Source: Utricularia gibba
Taxonomy: Eukaryota > Plantae > Magnoliophyta
DNA length: 64,000 bases
Reading direction: 5' to 3'
NCBI GenBank assembly: GCA_002189035.1
Contig: CM007992.1
Location: forward strand, 3,100,001 to 3,164,000
The notes beneath the pieces are model-generated. The model had not been told where the DNA came from, ran no database searches, and saw nothing but the letters and a program-made list of their open reading frames with translations. The position numbers and the translations under genes are program-made. Below, piece after piece: positions 49,652 through 63,388 of the stretch. Within the stretch, counting starts at the first letter, position 1, and every line of letters begins with the position of its first letter.

Positions 49652-51088
49652 TTAAGTAGCATGGCGTGTGCCAAAATGAATATCAGGAAGTTCAGAGCTG
49701 ACTGAGAATTTAACCCATCCCTTCTTCCTCATGAGCTCAATGCAGGGGTGCAGGATGAGTCCGATGACCATAGCAGCTAGACTCACGATGAAAACCTTCA
49801 GTGAAGAAAAGGCCAGGACTGCTACGATCAATATTGTGGGAGGGATGCACATCAAGATCGCTCCTGCGGTTCCCACCGGAATCTTGAAGGGTCGATCCAT
49901 GTTGGGAGCGATGATCCGAAGCCTCACGAATGCTATGAACTCCAGAATCATGCCAAAACAATACAGGAAGTTCTCGGCAGCAACTATCTCTTGGAAAGTC
50001 ATCCATGAGAGCAGCAAAACACCTGATGCGGATAGCAGGATTCCGATGATCGGTGTGCCGTAGCGTGATCTTTTTGCTAGAATCTCAGGGAGCATCCCAC
50101 GCTCTGCCATACCCAGAATCTGGAACGAGTCGCTGCTCATTTCTGACATGAACATGCCTAAATTTGCAGCTGCTGCAGCTCCTGTTACCCACCAACTAAG
50201 CCATGCTCCAGCGATGAGCCTCGCTACATCTGAGAAATACCCATCTGTCCAGAGACCCTGGTTCAATGGAATCGCACCAGTTCCAGCTAACAAAGGGAAA
50301 AAGTACCCCAAAACAACAAGGATCAGTGCAAAAAACAGAGCTTTTGGGAGAGCTTTCTTTGGGTTGTCAACTTCCCCTGTAAGAGTACTGACTGAATCCC
50401 AATAGTTGAGGTTCCAGAAGAGTGTGTTCAAATACAAGTTCCAATCCACTTTGCGAATGTTTCCAACAAACCATCTTCTGGGTCTCAGTTTTGGAATCGA
50501 AACCAGACACATCACTGCAAAGGGAAGAAGCGACAAGATTCCGAGAGCCACAGCCACCCATCCCACGATCGTTAATCCCCTGTAGTTCAATAAAGTTAAG
50601 ATCACTGTTAAACCCACAATCGCCACCTCTCGCGGCCAGCCGCCGCCGAGCGCCGGAATCCCTGACTTGAGATAGTCTAAGAAAAGAGCTGGGTAAAGGG
50701 CGTTATCTATGACACCACTTACCCACTTCATCCACCCCTGTTGAAATCCCCAGAAGGGTCCAAGGGCGGATGTGACCCAAACAACATAACCGCCGTTTTC
50801 AGGGAACATTGTGCCCATCTCTGCGGTGATCAGAGCTTCTGGGATGCTCCAAATTATGGGGAAGATGAGGAAGCCGGCGAGAGCGAGAAGCGGGCCAGCG
50901 GCACCGACGGTGTCTTCAATGCCGAACGGCCCTCCCGACACGTCGTAAAAGATTAGGAAGATAAGAGGCAAAAGCGAGAGCTTTTTGCCATGGTGACTCA
51001 CCAGAGGAGTGGATTCACTCAGTTCCTGTCTGGAATGAGCTGAAACTTCACCGTTATGCGACTCCACGTCTCGCTGCATCGAATCCAT
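49652..51088 (-). CDS. PUT: Polyamine uptake transporter (PUT/RMV1, LAT family of the APC superfamily), intronless, 478 aa
   Basis: [74 protein letters not shown]. Confidence 0.93.
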   Translation of the reverse strand: MDSMQRDVESHNGEVSAHSRQELSESTPLVSHHGKKLSLLPLIFLIFYDVSGGPFGIEDTVGAAGPLLALAGFLIFPIIWSIPEALITAEMGTMFPENGGYVVWVTSALGPFWGFQQGWMKWVSGVIDNALYPALFLDYLKSGIPALGGGWPREVAIVGLTVILTLLNYRGLTIVGWVAVALGILSLLPFAVMCLVSIPKLRPRRWFVGNIRKVDWNLYLNTLFWNLNYWDSVSTLTGEVDNPKKALPKALFFALILVVLGYFFPLLAGTGAIPLNQGLWTDGYFSDVARLIAGAWLSWWVTGAAAAANLGMFMSEMSSDSFQILGMAERGMLPEILAKRSRYGTPIIGILLSASGVLLLSWMTFQEIVAAENFLYCFGMILEFIAFVRLRIIAPNMDRPFKIPVGTAGAILMCIPPTILIVAVLAFSSLKVFIVSLAAMVIGLILHPCIELMRKKGWVKFSVSSELPDIHFGTRHAT

Positions 51089-52459
51089 AGCTTACACGAA
51101 GAATCTGAAACAGCCCGTTAGACAGGAGGAACGAAGCAAGACTCCATGGATATTTTCAAGGAACTAACAAGAAGAACCAGCCGTCAAGAAATCAAATTTG
51201 AGAAACCCGTTCCACCAGTTTAGGATGACTGACGGCATCGTCGACTCATCTTTTTCACTTTTTTTTTTAATTGGCATTCACATTCATGGAACAGAGTCCA
51301 CAATCAAATTAGCGTATATCCATTCTCAGATTTGGAAAAGTTGGACGAATCTGAACACCGCTTTTCAAGCAATCAAAGCACGAAACTTTGACTGCACAGT
51401 ACTTAAATATAAAAACTAGTTTGTAAAAAAAAAAAGAAAAGAAAAATTGTAATTTTGTAAGTCATCCATTATTTAGGAAACAATATAAATCATCGATTAT
51501 TTGGAAAAATATACATCCGTATAATCTATCCAACATACCAAATAAAAAAATTTATATTATAGATAATTAAGTTTCTTATGCAATGTTTTACATATATTCA
51601 AATTACTAATTCATCCTTCAAAACACCCTGAAAAGAGAATCTCCATTTTTATGGTCACAAATTAGTTTACTTTTTTTAATTATTATTTTAGTATCTAATT
51701 ATGTAGGAAAAGAATAGTCAATTTTACCCCTTTCGGTCAAAACAGGTTGAGTAGATAGCCGTTTAGCCGGCCTACTATTTATTCAATTTAAAAAATGATA
51801 TTTAATCGCTTAAAATTTTCTTGAATTTTCGTTTTTGCATCTAATTCGAATTTCAAACATTGTTTATGAAACCAAAATTAACAATTAAATTTATAATTAA
51901 AATATATTGAAAAAATAATAATATTGAATATTATATTTCACCTCAGAACACAATATACTATAAATTCGCACCTTCACGTTTATATCAAATATATCAAAGT
52001 CAGCAATGACTTATCCGTTTTACTTTTCTTTTCTATATTTAGTTTTTGTATTAATTAAAATTCAGTTTATTATTAAATTATAATGATGAAAAAAAGGGAA
52101 TGAAGAGTTGAGAAGTAGCGTCAATCAATTTCATGCCGTCTTTTTGGCCTCGATCCAAATTTCTTGCACCTTTTTTGCGTGATCGGTGTGGCGCTTATGG
52201 GATGAGTATTTTTTTAATATTTATTTACTAAAAAATTCGAATATAAATTATTAATTAATAAGGGCGAGCATATTGATTAGTATTTTACATGGGATTTTTA
52301 TAAATATAAAAATTATGATAATTATCTTATCTTATATTTAATATATATAATATTTTTTTAGAACACGGATTTTTTTTATTTCTGAAACCAATATGAAGAT
52401 TAAATTTACATTTTGATATATTTTTTATAATTAATTATTTAATATAATTTATTATCCTA

Positions 52460-52526
52460 TGGGCCGTCGGGTTGTTATTATGGACGCGTCGGGTCCATCT
52501 CTAGATGGGCTTATATTCGTTGGGCC
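52460..52526 (+). promoter_or_regulatory. Three site II (TGGGCY) elements upstream of ACBP
   Basis: TGGGCC 52460, TGGGCT 52506, TGGGCC 52521, about 160-220 bp before the ATG. Confidence 0.6.
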
Positions 52527-52684
52527 TATTTCTTTGGATATGTACGAATTATCCGTCTATCTGGCAAAAGCTTCCGTGATACTCGTTGCTGCTTTTCGGC
52601 ATTGGAATCTCCGCCCACCCACACTCCTTTTACTTCATTACTGCTGAAGGAATCCGTCACAAGTCGGAGAGCTGCGGCTGCAGA

Positions 52685-53615
52685 ATGGGGTTGAAGGTGT
52701 ACGCAAATGAATAAGCTTCGTAGATTTTTCAATCTTCACTTGGAAATGCCTTGTTGTGGATATGTTTTTGTTGTTTGTATTCGAAGCGATATTTACGTAA
52801 TTTTCGGATCTGTTGCTTGATCTCTCGTGTGATAACTGGTTTTGTGCCTGATCAGTATCGCATTTGAGAGTTTTTGGATGATGCGCGTCGCGTTGAAGTG
52901 CAATCTTAACGTACTTTTTTCCAGAGATCCCAGTTTTACAGATTCAGATGTTAAAATTCTGTTATAGCAATCTATGGCATGAATTGAGGTCAGATCTGTG
53001 CGCGAGTCGATTCTCTGAGTTGGTTAAGAATTTTTAGTTCTTTATCTTTCGGTTTGAAGTCAATCCTAGTTCATTCTTGTTTTGTTCCTTGGATTTCTTC
53101 CACTTAAAACGTTTTTATGACAGTAGTATAATCCATAAACGCTTCTTCCCTTTATGATATTGAATCAAAATGTTTCGTCATTGAAGGAGGAATTTGAGGA
53201 GTATGCTGAAAAAGCGAGGACCCTCCCGACGGCTACTAATGAGGACCTTCTAATCATTTATGGGCTGTTCAAGCAGGCCACAATCGGTGATATCAACACC
53301 AGTAAGTTCTCAATCCTGCAGTTCTTCATCTTCGCTGCCCCGAGTTTTTCTCCTTCGAATGCATGTGCATATCTGGATTTTACCTCAAAAACACACAGGC
53401 CGTCCTGGCATCTTCAACCAGAGAGACAGGGCCAAGTGGGATGCCTGGAAGGCAAATGAAGGTACTATCTACAGTAGCAATACAGTATATTAACTTCAAC
53501 AGCCCAACAATGTCTTTGTTGTTCATCCCTGGCAGGAAAACCCCAGGATGATGCAATGAGTGATTATATCACCAAGGTGAAGCAGCTGCTCGAAGCAGCA
53601 GGCGTTTCGAGCTGA
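52685..53615 (+). CDS. ACBP6: Small cytosolic acyl-CoA-binding protein (89 aa); exons 52685-52696, 53187-53301, 53399-53461, 53536-53615
   Basis: MGLKEEFEEYAEKARTLP...[36 protein letters not shown]...AMSDYITKVKQL; 270 nt spliced, in frame. Confidence 0.95.
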
Positions 53616-54015
53616 TTCGCTCCACCCTCCTGGCCATTTGTCCTCTATTTTCATGGTGTGTAATCCCGTTCTCCGGTGACTTAGTTTGGTATTGAACTCT
53701 GTGTTGAAGTATTATTCTAGCGATGGTAATAAAGGCACCGGCAGCTAGCCATGCTTCGAATCCTCGTGCCGGAATTCGCCATTCAGTCATTCATCCCTCT
53801 CATTATCTATTTGGCATACACAAATGGGGGGATGGGAGTGGTCGGCGGTAGGTGGCGGGCGGTGGCCGGAGTCAGGTTGAAAATAGTATATAGTTAGTAT
53901 TATTTTTATCCAATTTTGAAACATCAAAAGCGGTATTTAAGATGATTAATTATGACATTTATATAAATAATAATAGTTATTGACGCAATTTTTTCAGATA
54001 CATCTTTAATTTATT

Positions 54016-54054
54016 TGGGCTGTAATGAGATGAAATGGGCTTGCAGATTGGGCC
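54016..54054 (+). promoter_or_regulatory. Three site II (TGGGCY) elements upstream of RUS1
   Basis: TGGGCT 54016, TGGGCT 54036, TGGGCC 54049. Confidence 0.55.
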
Positions 54055-54177
54055 CAATAGAATCCAAGTTCCTTGCGTCCACTAGAAAGGGCATTGCCAG
54101 TGTCGTGGCCAGTGTATCCGGATTCCGAGGAGGCCGTTTCTTTTTTTCGCGGAAATTTGAACGACGCCGCCGCCGGA

Positions 54178-56628
54178 ATGGGTTGCTTTGCGCGCGTGCC
54201 CTCCCAGTTCTTCCTCACCACCAATCTTCGAAGTCTCTCTTCTGCTCCGGTGCCGCCTTCGACCGCTCTCTCAAGGTTACTCTACGCCTCCGCGGCAGCG
54301 GCGCGGCGGAATGCTTGAGTCTACGTTACCTTGCGTTGAAACATTCTCGCTCATCGCATCTCGCTCCTATTCGTTGCTCCGGAGTGTTCGTCTGCTGTGA
54401 TGATGGTAGCAGTGATGGTGGTGGGGGAGAAGGTGGAAATGGTGGCGGAGGGGATAACGAGAGCGGTGATTCTTTTCATGAGTCATGGTGGAATTTGTTC
54501 TTCCGATTTCATGATGACTTCATTTGGATTAGAGAGGGAGTTGTTTCTGTAATGCTGATTGCGGCCTCTGCTTCCCTGAGCCACTTCATTCTCTTGTCAT
54601 CTGTGGCGCGTGCAAATGTTGTTGATTCATCAGGAAATAACCATGATGCCCTTTTTGAAGTTCATGGTGGGAGGAAAGTTAAGTTGGTGCCAGATTACTC
54701 AAAGGATGAGTTTGTTCTTCTCGAAGATCTTTGGTTTTGGTGGTCAAAAGGAGGTAAGGATAAATATTTGTTGGATTTTAGGGATGTTTGGATGAAATGT
54801 GGAGATGTTTTGACGAGATTCTTGCTTCCTGAGGGATATCCCGAGAGTGTTACGAGCGATTACCTTGAATATTCCCTTTGGAGAGGGGTTCAGGGATTGC
54901 TTCTCAGATCAGTGGTGTGCTAGCAACTCAGGTAGTATTAGTTTTTAAACCAGTATATCAACTACCTCGTTTTTTGTTATCTAATGCGTATTCTGATGCC
55001 GAATTTGAGTTTCAGGCCTTGCTTTACTCGGTCGGATTGGGTAAGGGGGCGATTCCAACTGCTGCTGCCGTAAATTGGGTGCTCAAGGATGGAATCGGGT
55101 ACCTGAGTAAGATTATGCTTTCAAAGTTTGGGAGACACTTTGATGTGAATCCAAAAGGCTGGAGACTATTTGCTGATCTATTGGAAAATGGTGCTTTTGG
55201 GTTGGAAATTTTAACCCCTGCATTCCCACATCTTTTTGTTCCAATTGGTGCTGTTGCTGGAGCTGGAAGATCTGCATCTATTTTGATTCAGGTGACTAAC
55301 AACTGTGGAGTTCACTGTTCATTTTATAATCACATTTCAGAAGTGAAAATTGTGTTTTCCAGGATTAAGGATTTTGACTTTCACAGGCAGCAACAAGGAG
55401 CTGTTTCTATGCTGGTTTTGCTGCTCGGAGGAATTTTGCAGAGGTTAATATCACCATGGTCACTTAAGTCTCATTTCATTGGCTGCTCGAGGCCCATTAC
55501 ATTCAAAATTTTCTCCTACTTGGTTGCTCCTTATTTCTATACTTGTCCCTCGTGGCAGGTGATTGCTAAGGGGGAGGCACAAGGAATGGTGAGCAAATTC
55601 GCCGGTATTGCGCTTGGCATTGTATTAGCAAACCAAGTTCAATCGTCCACACCACTTGCCCTTGCTTCTTTTGGCATTATAAGTGGGATCCACATGTTCT
55701 GCAACCTCAAATCATATCAGTCCATTCACCTGCGGACGTTGAATCCTTATCGTGCAAGTATTTCTTCTCATCTAGCCTTTAATTCTGCAAGGTGTAGAAG
55801 TCATTAGGATTTCTTTTCAAGTTTTTCTGTCCATTTCACCCCCTTTGAAAACGTGAACTCCTATGCGAAAACAGGCTTAGTCTTCAGTCAGTATCTGCTC
55901 ACTGGCCTCGTCCCTCCAGTGAAAGAGGTGAATGATGAGGAGCCTCTGTTTCCATCTTTCCCTTTCCTTATACTGAAACCCACATCCAAGGTCAGTTTAC
56001 GCTCCGGTTTTCATATTACATTGCGTCATTGTTTTAATGTGAAATCATCGATGGATTCTTGATATACTTGCAGAAACAAGATGGGGTATTGTCAAATGAA
56101 GCCAAGACCGCAGCTTCTCATATTGATCGCCATTTACAACTCGGCTCCAAGCTCTCTGATATCGTAAGCTCTCGAGAGGAAGCAGTCGCATTATTCGATC
56201 TGTACAAGGCCGAGGATTACATCTTGACTGAGAAAGATGAAAAATACTGCGTATGCCAATCTTCATATATCCTCCGCAGCTTATATTGAACTTCTCCTAC
56301 AAAGTGCGTTCTTCTAATGGTTCCAGTGATTCAGGTGGTGCTCAAAGAAAGCTCCTCACCCCAAGGAATGCTCAAGGTGCTCTTCCAAATCTGTTATCTC
56401 CACTGGCTCGAGGAGGTCGCCGGAATCCGAGCAAGCACCTCCCATTCTCTTGACTGCAGACCCGGTGGGAGGCTCCGGATGTCATTGGAATATGCACAGG
56501 AGGAATTCAACCATGCCAGGAGTGACAGCGAAGCTGCAGGATGGATAGTCGATGGCCTCATTGCCCGGCCGCTACCGACCCGGGTTCTGGTCGGCAATGG
56601 AGCTTCATCTCCGGCGGGTGCTAGATGA
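54178..56628 (+). CDS. RUS1: ROOT UVB SENSITIVE 1-like (DUF647); exons ~54178-54931, 55016-55291, 55387-55443, 55559-55757, 55875-55990, 56074-56250, 56335-56628; apparent frameshifts at ~54310 and ~54894
   Basis: [76 protein letters not shown]. Confidence 0.9.
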
Positions 56629-57554
56629 TGACTTGGTAGGCAGAAGCTGTTTGGTACGTGGTATGTACATTGAGCCCGAGTTAGTTAAAATCGCACCACC
56701 GTTGCCTAATTTCTTTTATTTTTTGTTTTTTGTAGGGACAAAATATGGAAGCTTTTTGTAGGTTTATATAAACCCACCTCTCTCCTGGATTTATTTTTAT
56801 CCATACGTGGGATCAGGTAAAAATAAACTCGACCTCTGGGATCCTTGTAAATCCTCAAATTTACTTTCCAAATCCACCTGAATTTACCTGCTGAATGTTT
56901 TGTAGATGATTCATTGTTAGATGATGATTTGGACATTTGTTATCATGTGATATTCATTGTTTAAAAGATCATGTTACATTGTTTTGTAAGGAAAATCGGA
57001 TAGAATTATAATTAAATCATGATTCCTGTTCATAACTAATATGGATATTGAGTGTACGCTTATCCTATTATTGGTTTTGATATCATGTCGTGATTTATGT
57101 TTTTTTATACAATATTGTTCGTTTTATGTATTTAATTTTCAAAAGTGTATATGTTTTTTTTAAAAATATCTTAGACAAAATTAGAAATATCATTTTATTT
57201 AAAAATATCTTCTCCTATACTAGGCCTCCATCACCTCAAAATGAAGGGTGTGATCTCGTAGTTCTTGGTTTATGAAGATGCATTGTTAGGTACTCCATTT
57301 TCTTTTCCCATTAAGGTCGAATAATATCATTTTGAATTATCAACTATTCATGGAAACAATGCACGATTTTTTTGATCATAACCATTAGTGACAGCTGGTT
57401 TTGAAGTAAATAAACCCTTCAACATAATTTTTCACTATAAAACCTTAGTTGAGATTGATCTGTGGAGAATGTAGTAAACTTTAGTGTCTGAGTCTACTGA
57501 GTGTGGAGTAAGTTCCTGCAATGAATGAAGTGAAACATGAATCTGATCTGTGGG

Positions 57555-59553
57555 TCAATCTACCAACTTGGGCTTAGATGCGGAAGTTGCAGAGAAAATG
57601 CTCCCCAACTGGAATGTGTTCTTATGGGTGGCCGGGTCACGGTGGATCGGCACCTCCGGTGAACGCGGAAGAGCTCCGACGGTGGCCAGTTTTTCTCCAT
57701 GTGACGCCCAAGTCACCAAATAAAGCCCAACTATGATCAACAGTCCTCCAACAATGCTGCATGTGTTGTACGTGGGTGAGAATGGTGAAAACTAGAGAAA
57801 TGGAGAACGGATGATGCTATGGGAAACTGCATACCTTCCCAGGTAAACCGGGCTTCCGAGGAAGATCCTCGACAGGAATGCCGATGCCGCAGGTTGAAGA
57901 GGATTGTACAACGCCACCAGAGAAGGGCCAAGGATCTTGTTTGACCATGTTAGTAGTCCGTAGTTAAGTGCTGATGCTACAATTCCCTGTAGAATCAAAT
58001 CAGAATGGTGGTTTTTCTTTAGATCCGGTGCAGTATGTGGTGGTGCTCGTTCAGAAGTTTTTCATAAAGAAAGGAAATAGGGAAGAGAGGAGACTTACCG
58101 CATACAACACGGCGAAAGATTCGGATTGTGTGAGATTCCAATCAGTTGAGTTGGGTACCATGAAAAATGCAGTTACTATCATGAATGCAACACCAAAAGA
58201 GTAGGAATAGGCCGTCACTGATAAACTTGCAGGATATTTAGCTAAAAGCTGAGCCTGAAACAGATTGCAGAAGAAAATCTTAAAGTTCTGTTAGATCACA
58301 CGACCCAGAACGAAGGTTGTTAGTTAGAAGATAACCTGAATGGCCAAGTAAGCTGCCATGCACATGCAGTTCCCAATCAAGCATAGAACCCCAAGGTGCC
58401 ATGTGTTGAAGCCCCAGTCCATGAAGGCGGATAATAGCCAACCAGAAGGCTCAGGTTGACTCTTGGCACTTATCTCATTGTAGTGTGAAAAATCTGATTC
58501 TGCATATCCAAACACGGGTGGACCACGGCACAAGGCCATCACAATTGCACCAGATACACAAACAAGGGTACCCCCTACCTTTGTTTGGCCTTCCCTTTGT
58601 TGCAAGTTCACAGTTTCGGTGCTGCACAGAGAGGAAAAAAAAAATGACTACAATTGTGGAAGGCGGATGTCCGAATCCGCATGCATGGAGATGACAAAGA
58701 TACGGAGAAAAAAAGTCACAAGTTTGCAAAGTGCAACTAACCCCATCATCACAGCCAATATGAAAGTAAAGACAGGGACAGCAGGTTGTATGGCAGCAGC
58801 ATACGATGGATTTGTATACCCAAGACCAAGCAGGAACAAAAGCTGGTTCCCAAAGATTCTAACACCAAGAAATCAGAAAATGCAAAGCGTTTATAGATCT
58901 TCAATATTAAATCACGATAGGCAAGCCAACATATAAAAAAAAGAAAATGATGGAATAATGCTGCTTACCCTGTCAAACCAAGGAAGAAGAATGATACCAG
59001 AAAGCGCCTATTCAGAGGCAATCTCACCCTTCTGCGGAATAGCAAAATTGACAGCTGATCAGAAACTGACTAAAACAACAGCCATGAACCTCATTTGACC
59101 AAATATCGATTCTCAGAGTCACACAATGAAAATAACACAGAGCCCCTTTCGTTCATCAATAGAGCATCAATTCCACCCTCCCCATTAAGTTTGACATAAG
59201 CATCAATTTTACAGCAAATATGGCCGAAAAGAAAACATCTTTAAAACTAGGGATCCCATAACATCCCTCATCGAGCCCCAGTCAGACTTGGGGATCACCG
59301 ATCACAGAGAGAAATAGACAATAGCATGAAACAAAATTACTTACTTCTCACGAACGTAGGCTAGAGGGGCGAGAATCGTGAGAGCAAGAAGATCCCTGCA
59401 GACGCAGAAAACAAGCTGATTAACTCCAACGTTGAGCGCCATTTTGGTAATGACGTGGTACCCCCCGTTGAAGACCTGCACCGCCGCCATCGCCATATGG
59501 GCTCTCCACGCATCTTCGCCATTCGCCATTGCCGCCGCCCCCAACTTTTTCAT
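57555..59553 (-). CDS. WAT1-related/UMAMIT (nodulin MtN21, EamA) transporter; exons 59553(or 59529)-59345, 59031-58969, 58858-58742, 58621-58336, 58254-58099, 57986-57835, 57756-57555
   Basis: [75 protein letters not shown]; resembles At4g19185. Confidence 0.93.
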
Positions 59554-60022
59554 TTCAACGCCACGCCCCTCTCCTCCCTCCACCCATCGCAGGCAATACA
59601 AAAACACAGTTAAAAATCAGTCGATCTGATTCGTCAACTGCTCCGGATCGCAGAAACCAAATCTTTCCCTTTACAGTGAGGAAATGGATTTCGGAATCGG
59701 ATTAACGAAATGGGACAATGGGCCAGGGGATTGTTTCCTTTGGTGGGAAGATATCAACGTTCAAACCGCACATTAACTGCCAGCCCACCGGTCGAGATTC
59801 AGACTTCGCAGCTAAACTGGCCCAGGCTTTTAGGGTAATAATAAGAGAGAATCCACATTTACTCAGTTCACCCCTTTTCTCCTCCTTGTTCATGGTTTCC
59901 GTCACATAACTGAACTTTTTTGGCATTTCAAAGGCAAATCATCAGGTGATTTTGAAGTTTCAACGGAATGGATGATGATATATGGTTGATGAGAAGAGGT
60001 GAAAGGGCTCAAAGGTTGTGTT

Positions 60023-62910
60023 TCAGATTCCCAGAATGGTCCGAATCTGGCTCCCTGGCTCCATTTGTGCCCTGTAAATGACTTCATATGAGTCTGCAAT
60101 GGACTTGACATCCTCTGGGCAAGTGGCAGCCATGACCGCTATTCGACTTCCTTGAGAGCATCATGGACAAGGATCACCTTGAGTGAAATTCCGCATCCTT
60201 TCAGTATTGCTTCCAGTTCTGTCTCAATGAGACCTTGTAGGTGGTTTTCTGTCATGGAGTCGAGCTCGACGACGTGCTCAGATGCAATCTCGTGCCCAAG
60301 TAGTGGTCGTCGAATGGCACCATAAGCAGATGATGTGAAATATCCTTGACGGGGTTTCACGCGTTTGTGAGTGAACCTACAACTTTTAAAACTTCTGAAG
60401 CAGAGGAACGATTTTAACTTGGGCAGATTATGTACCTGTGGAGAAAGCGTGGAATTGCCATAATCAAAAACAGCATCTATGGATGACCTACTGAGCTGAG
60501 CAGTATTTGGGCAAGTTCTGTTCCTCCTAGATACCTGACCTGCTCCCTTTCACTTGTGCGCCTCTGCTGCTTCGGCACATATCTAGTAACACAATCAAGG
60601 TGAGTGCTGGATGCAAAAGATGTCTACTAATCCTTTACAAGATTTTGATGTATGTTACATATGGTATGATGATATGTGATAGCAGATGAATTTCATAGAA
60701 AAAGGTTGAAACAAATGAATCATGTTCTTGATTAAAAGTGCAACAGAAGTAAGGTGCATAAGATTTTAAGAAAGGGAACCTGCATAATAGGATCCAGCAG
60801 AGTGGATATGATTGGTTCAAACGCTGGCTTCCTTGGGGATATGGCAACTATCATATTTTCATAAGCCTCGATAAGTCCAAGGGTCATGGATACTCCCTCC
60901 TTCAATGCTGTAGATGGAGAAAGATCCGCAGCAACTAATGGAGGATATCGTATAAGCTTCTCCCCACGAGTTCTCAGCATATCAAAAAAGGTTTTTCAAG
61001 CAGTATCTTTGAGGCTCAAAGTGTGTTCCACAGAACTGTATCGCTTCCAAGATTAGATATATGTCAGCGACATATGAGATGGCTCAATCAAATCATCAAA
61101 AGGACTGATTAACTCACATTGTGGCTGTAGAACTCCAGAGTATTAGAAAGTTTATATGAGATAATGAAATTAGGTTGTGACAAACTCGTTCCACTCGAAT
61201 TTTTAATGGCCGGCAAACCCCCTAAAGATCCTGCAAGAACAAATATTAACTCAGGATCTTCTTTGCGATCATCATGCTCTGGCATTTAAAAAATCCATTG
61301 GCTATAGCGCCAGTTTCAGTATTAGAATCTGCGTAAAGAATGGCAAGAACCAGTTCTCTTTTTCAGATGCCAATGCCATCAATAGAGTATCGGGGTAAAA
61401 ATTGAACATCTTGTGAGAAAAAAATGAATAGAAAAAAAAAACCTTATGCAGCCATCCCAGCGTCTCAACAACATATCTCAAAGGGTCATGAGCATGAACT
61501 TCAATAGGCCTAGGCAACCCACCAGGACATCCGCCGGGTCAGGGCACCAATAGATCTTCTTAAGAGAGTATTGTGCCTCATATTCGCTACCTGAACATCA
61601 AAGAAAGTACATACAAGAGAATTAAATAATGTGCTCCCAGTAAATTTACTGGTTTGCGAAGCTTATGCTAAACTACCTCTTTAGCGGAGTACTTGAAGAG
61701 AACTGGTCTTGCCATGAGCCATCGGACACCAGTTTTTAAGAGTTCATTGACATTAGGATTATCTATCATGATCACCAAGCCTCGCACACTCATCTTGTAC
61801 CCACCTAGACACATAAGCAGAATGTCAAAAATCATCAAAATTACACTGTATAAAAATCACTTTAGGGTTACCACGAAAACCATTCTATTAATGAAACAGG
61901 AAATTCACCTGCAAAGCCTCTCATATCCATTACAAACCAGCCCGCTGCATAAAGACCTTTTTCTAATGAATTACATGATTTTTTTTATCCCGGTTCTAGC
62001 ATCAGTGATAGTTCAATATTTCCCTAGATTATGTTAGTTGCTAACCATAGAGTATTCGAACAATAAGTGGCTTGCCAGAAAAACATACTGCAAGATAATA
62101 ATGATGAATCTGGTGTTGTGTCCTTGGGATTACATTACAATTAGCATGGATGCCATGAACATGATGAAGCGCCTTGGAAAAGGTTTTCACTCATGTCTTC
62201 CTCCCGCAAAGCATTTATCTAAAAAAAAAAAAGACCACCAGCACGTAAGCATCATATTGAAATGACTGGCAACGAGCTGATGGAAAAGGAAACAGTAAAA
62301 AAATGAAAATTTGAGCGTCATACGCAGCACCTCATGATTAGAAAGCTGATAGTCCAGGAGAAATCATGAAACTATTCCTTGTCTCTCCGTGGTGGTTTCA
62401 AGCCCTTGTTTGAGCCTCTCTGTGGTGCTGCTAATATCACCAGTGGTTGCGTTACATTCACCTAAAACTTTCGCAATCCTGCAATATAAATTTTTGAGGA
62501 TGCAGTGTACTAATCATAATTGTAAGTAGTGCAAGCAAAAACAATAAATAGTTGATCCGATGTAATTAGAACGAATCCACTACATAACATTAGGCAAACC
62601 AAGGGGAAAAAGATGCAGTTAAACAGAAGAGAACAGGGTGCATACATATCACAGCTTGCTACAAGAGCGTTAACCTCTTCCTCAAGGTTATCCAACGCCA
62701 AAAAACCGATAAAAATTCCTAACCGTTACTCCACAACCTAATTTCAATTGCGAACCGCACCAAAATGCTTAGTCAATGCACCTGTAGTGCAGAAGAAGAC
62801 GCATCGGGAATACCTCATTTACGGATTGACCACCTTTCTCGACAGGGATCGCAGATTGCGGCGAGCATCAACGTAGTTCTCCGATTAGAACGTCGAGAGC
62901 GTACTGAGCG
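60023..62910 (-). pseudogene. COG6: COG6 (conserved oligomeric Golgi complex subunit 6) duplicated pseudogene, 5'-truncated, introns retained
   Basis: [80 protein letters not shown]; stops at 62887-62885 and 62366-62364, many frameshifts and internal deletions. Confidence 0.92.
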
Positions 62911-63289
62911 ACGCTAGCAGAATTAGTCCACATTATTAAAAAAAAGAAAATAATATAAATATCTACCTTCATTTTTCAAGAGTGTGTGCAGTGTGCTGCA
63001 TTGACTACTCTCACTTTTTGTTAGAGAAATTTAACACAAATCAGAATTTATCATATATTTAATTCATATATATAAATTACTACATACCTTAGGATAAAAT
63101 TATATATCCTCGTATCTATGTCGCCCTTCTTAATTACGACAATCTTCATCATAAACTCAACATCATTTCCCACTCGTTCAAGTGAATCAGAAAGTTGTTT
63201 GGACCAATCACAAACGTCAATATTAAGAGCTTAACTACATACATACCATTCAAATATTTAAATTTCTATTGTTAACTATCAAACGTTAT

Positions 63290-63296
63290 ATATAAA

Positions 63297-63345
<49 letters not shown>
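63290..63345. repeat. (TA)n microsatellite
   Basis: More than 20 TA units. Confidence 0.95.
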
Positions 63346-63347
<2 letters not shown>

Positions 63348-63388
63348 AATTTGGTATATCATATTTAAATATATTAATGACCTACTAT

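Noticed and set aside
53826-53880. G-rich tract between ACBP and RUS1 as a G-quadruplex element
   Set aside because: Mostly GG/GGG runs of irregular spacing; no further support
54015-54177. ORF-track start of RUS1 at 54015
   Set aside because: This stretch holds site II promoter motifs and its translation does not look like a transit peptide; ATG 54178 plus a frameshift fits better
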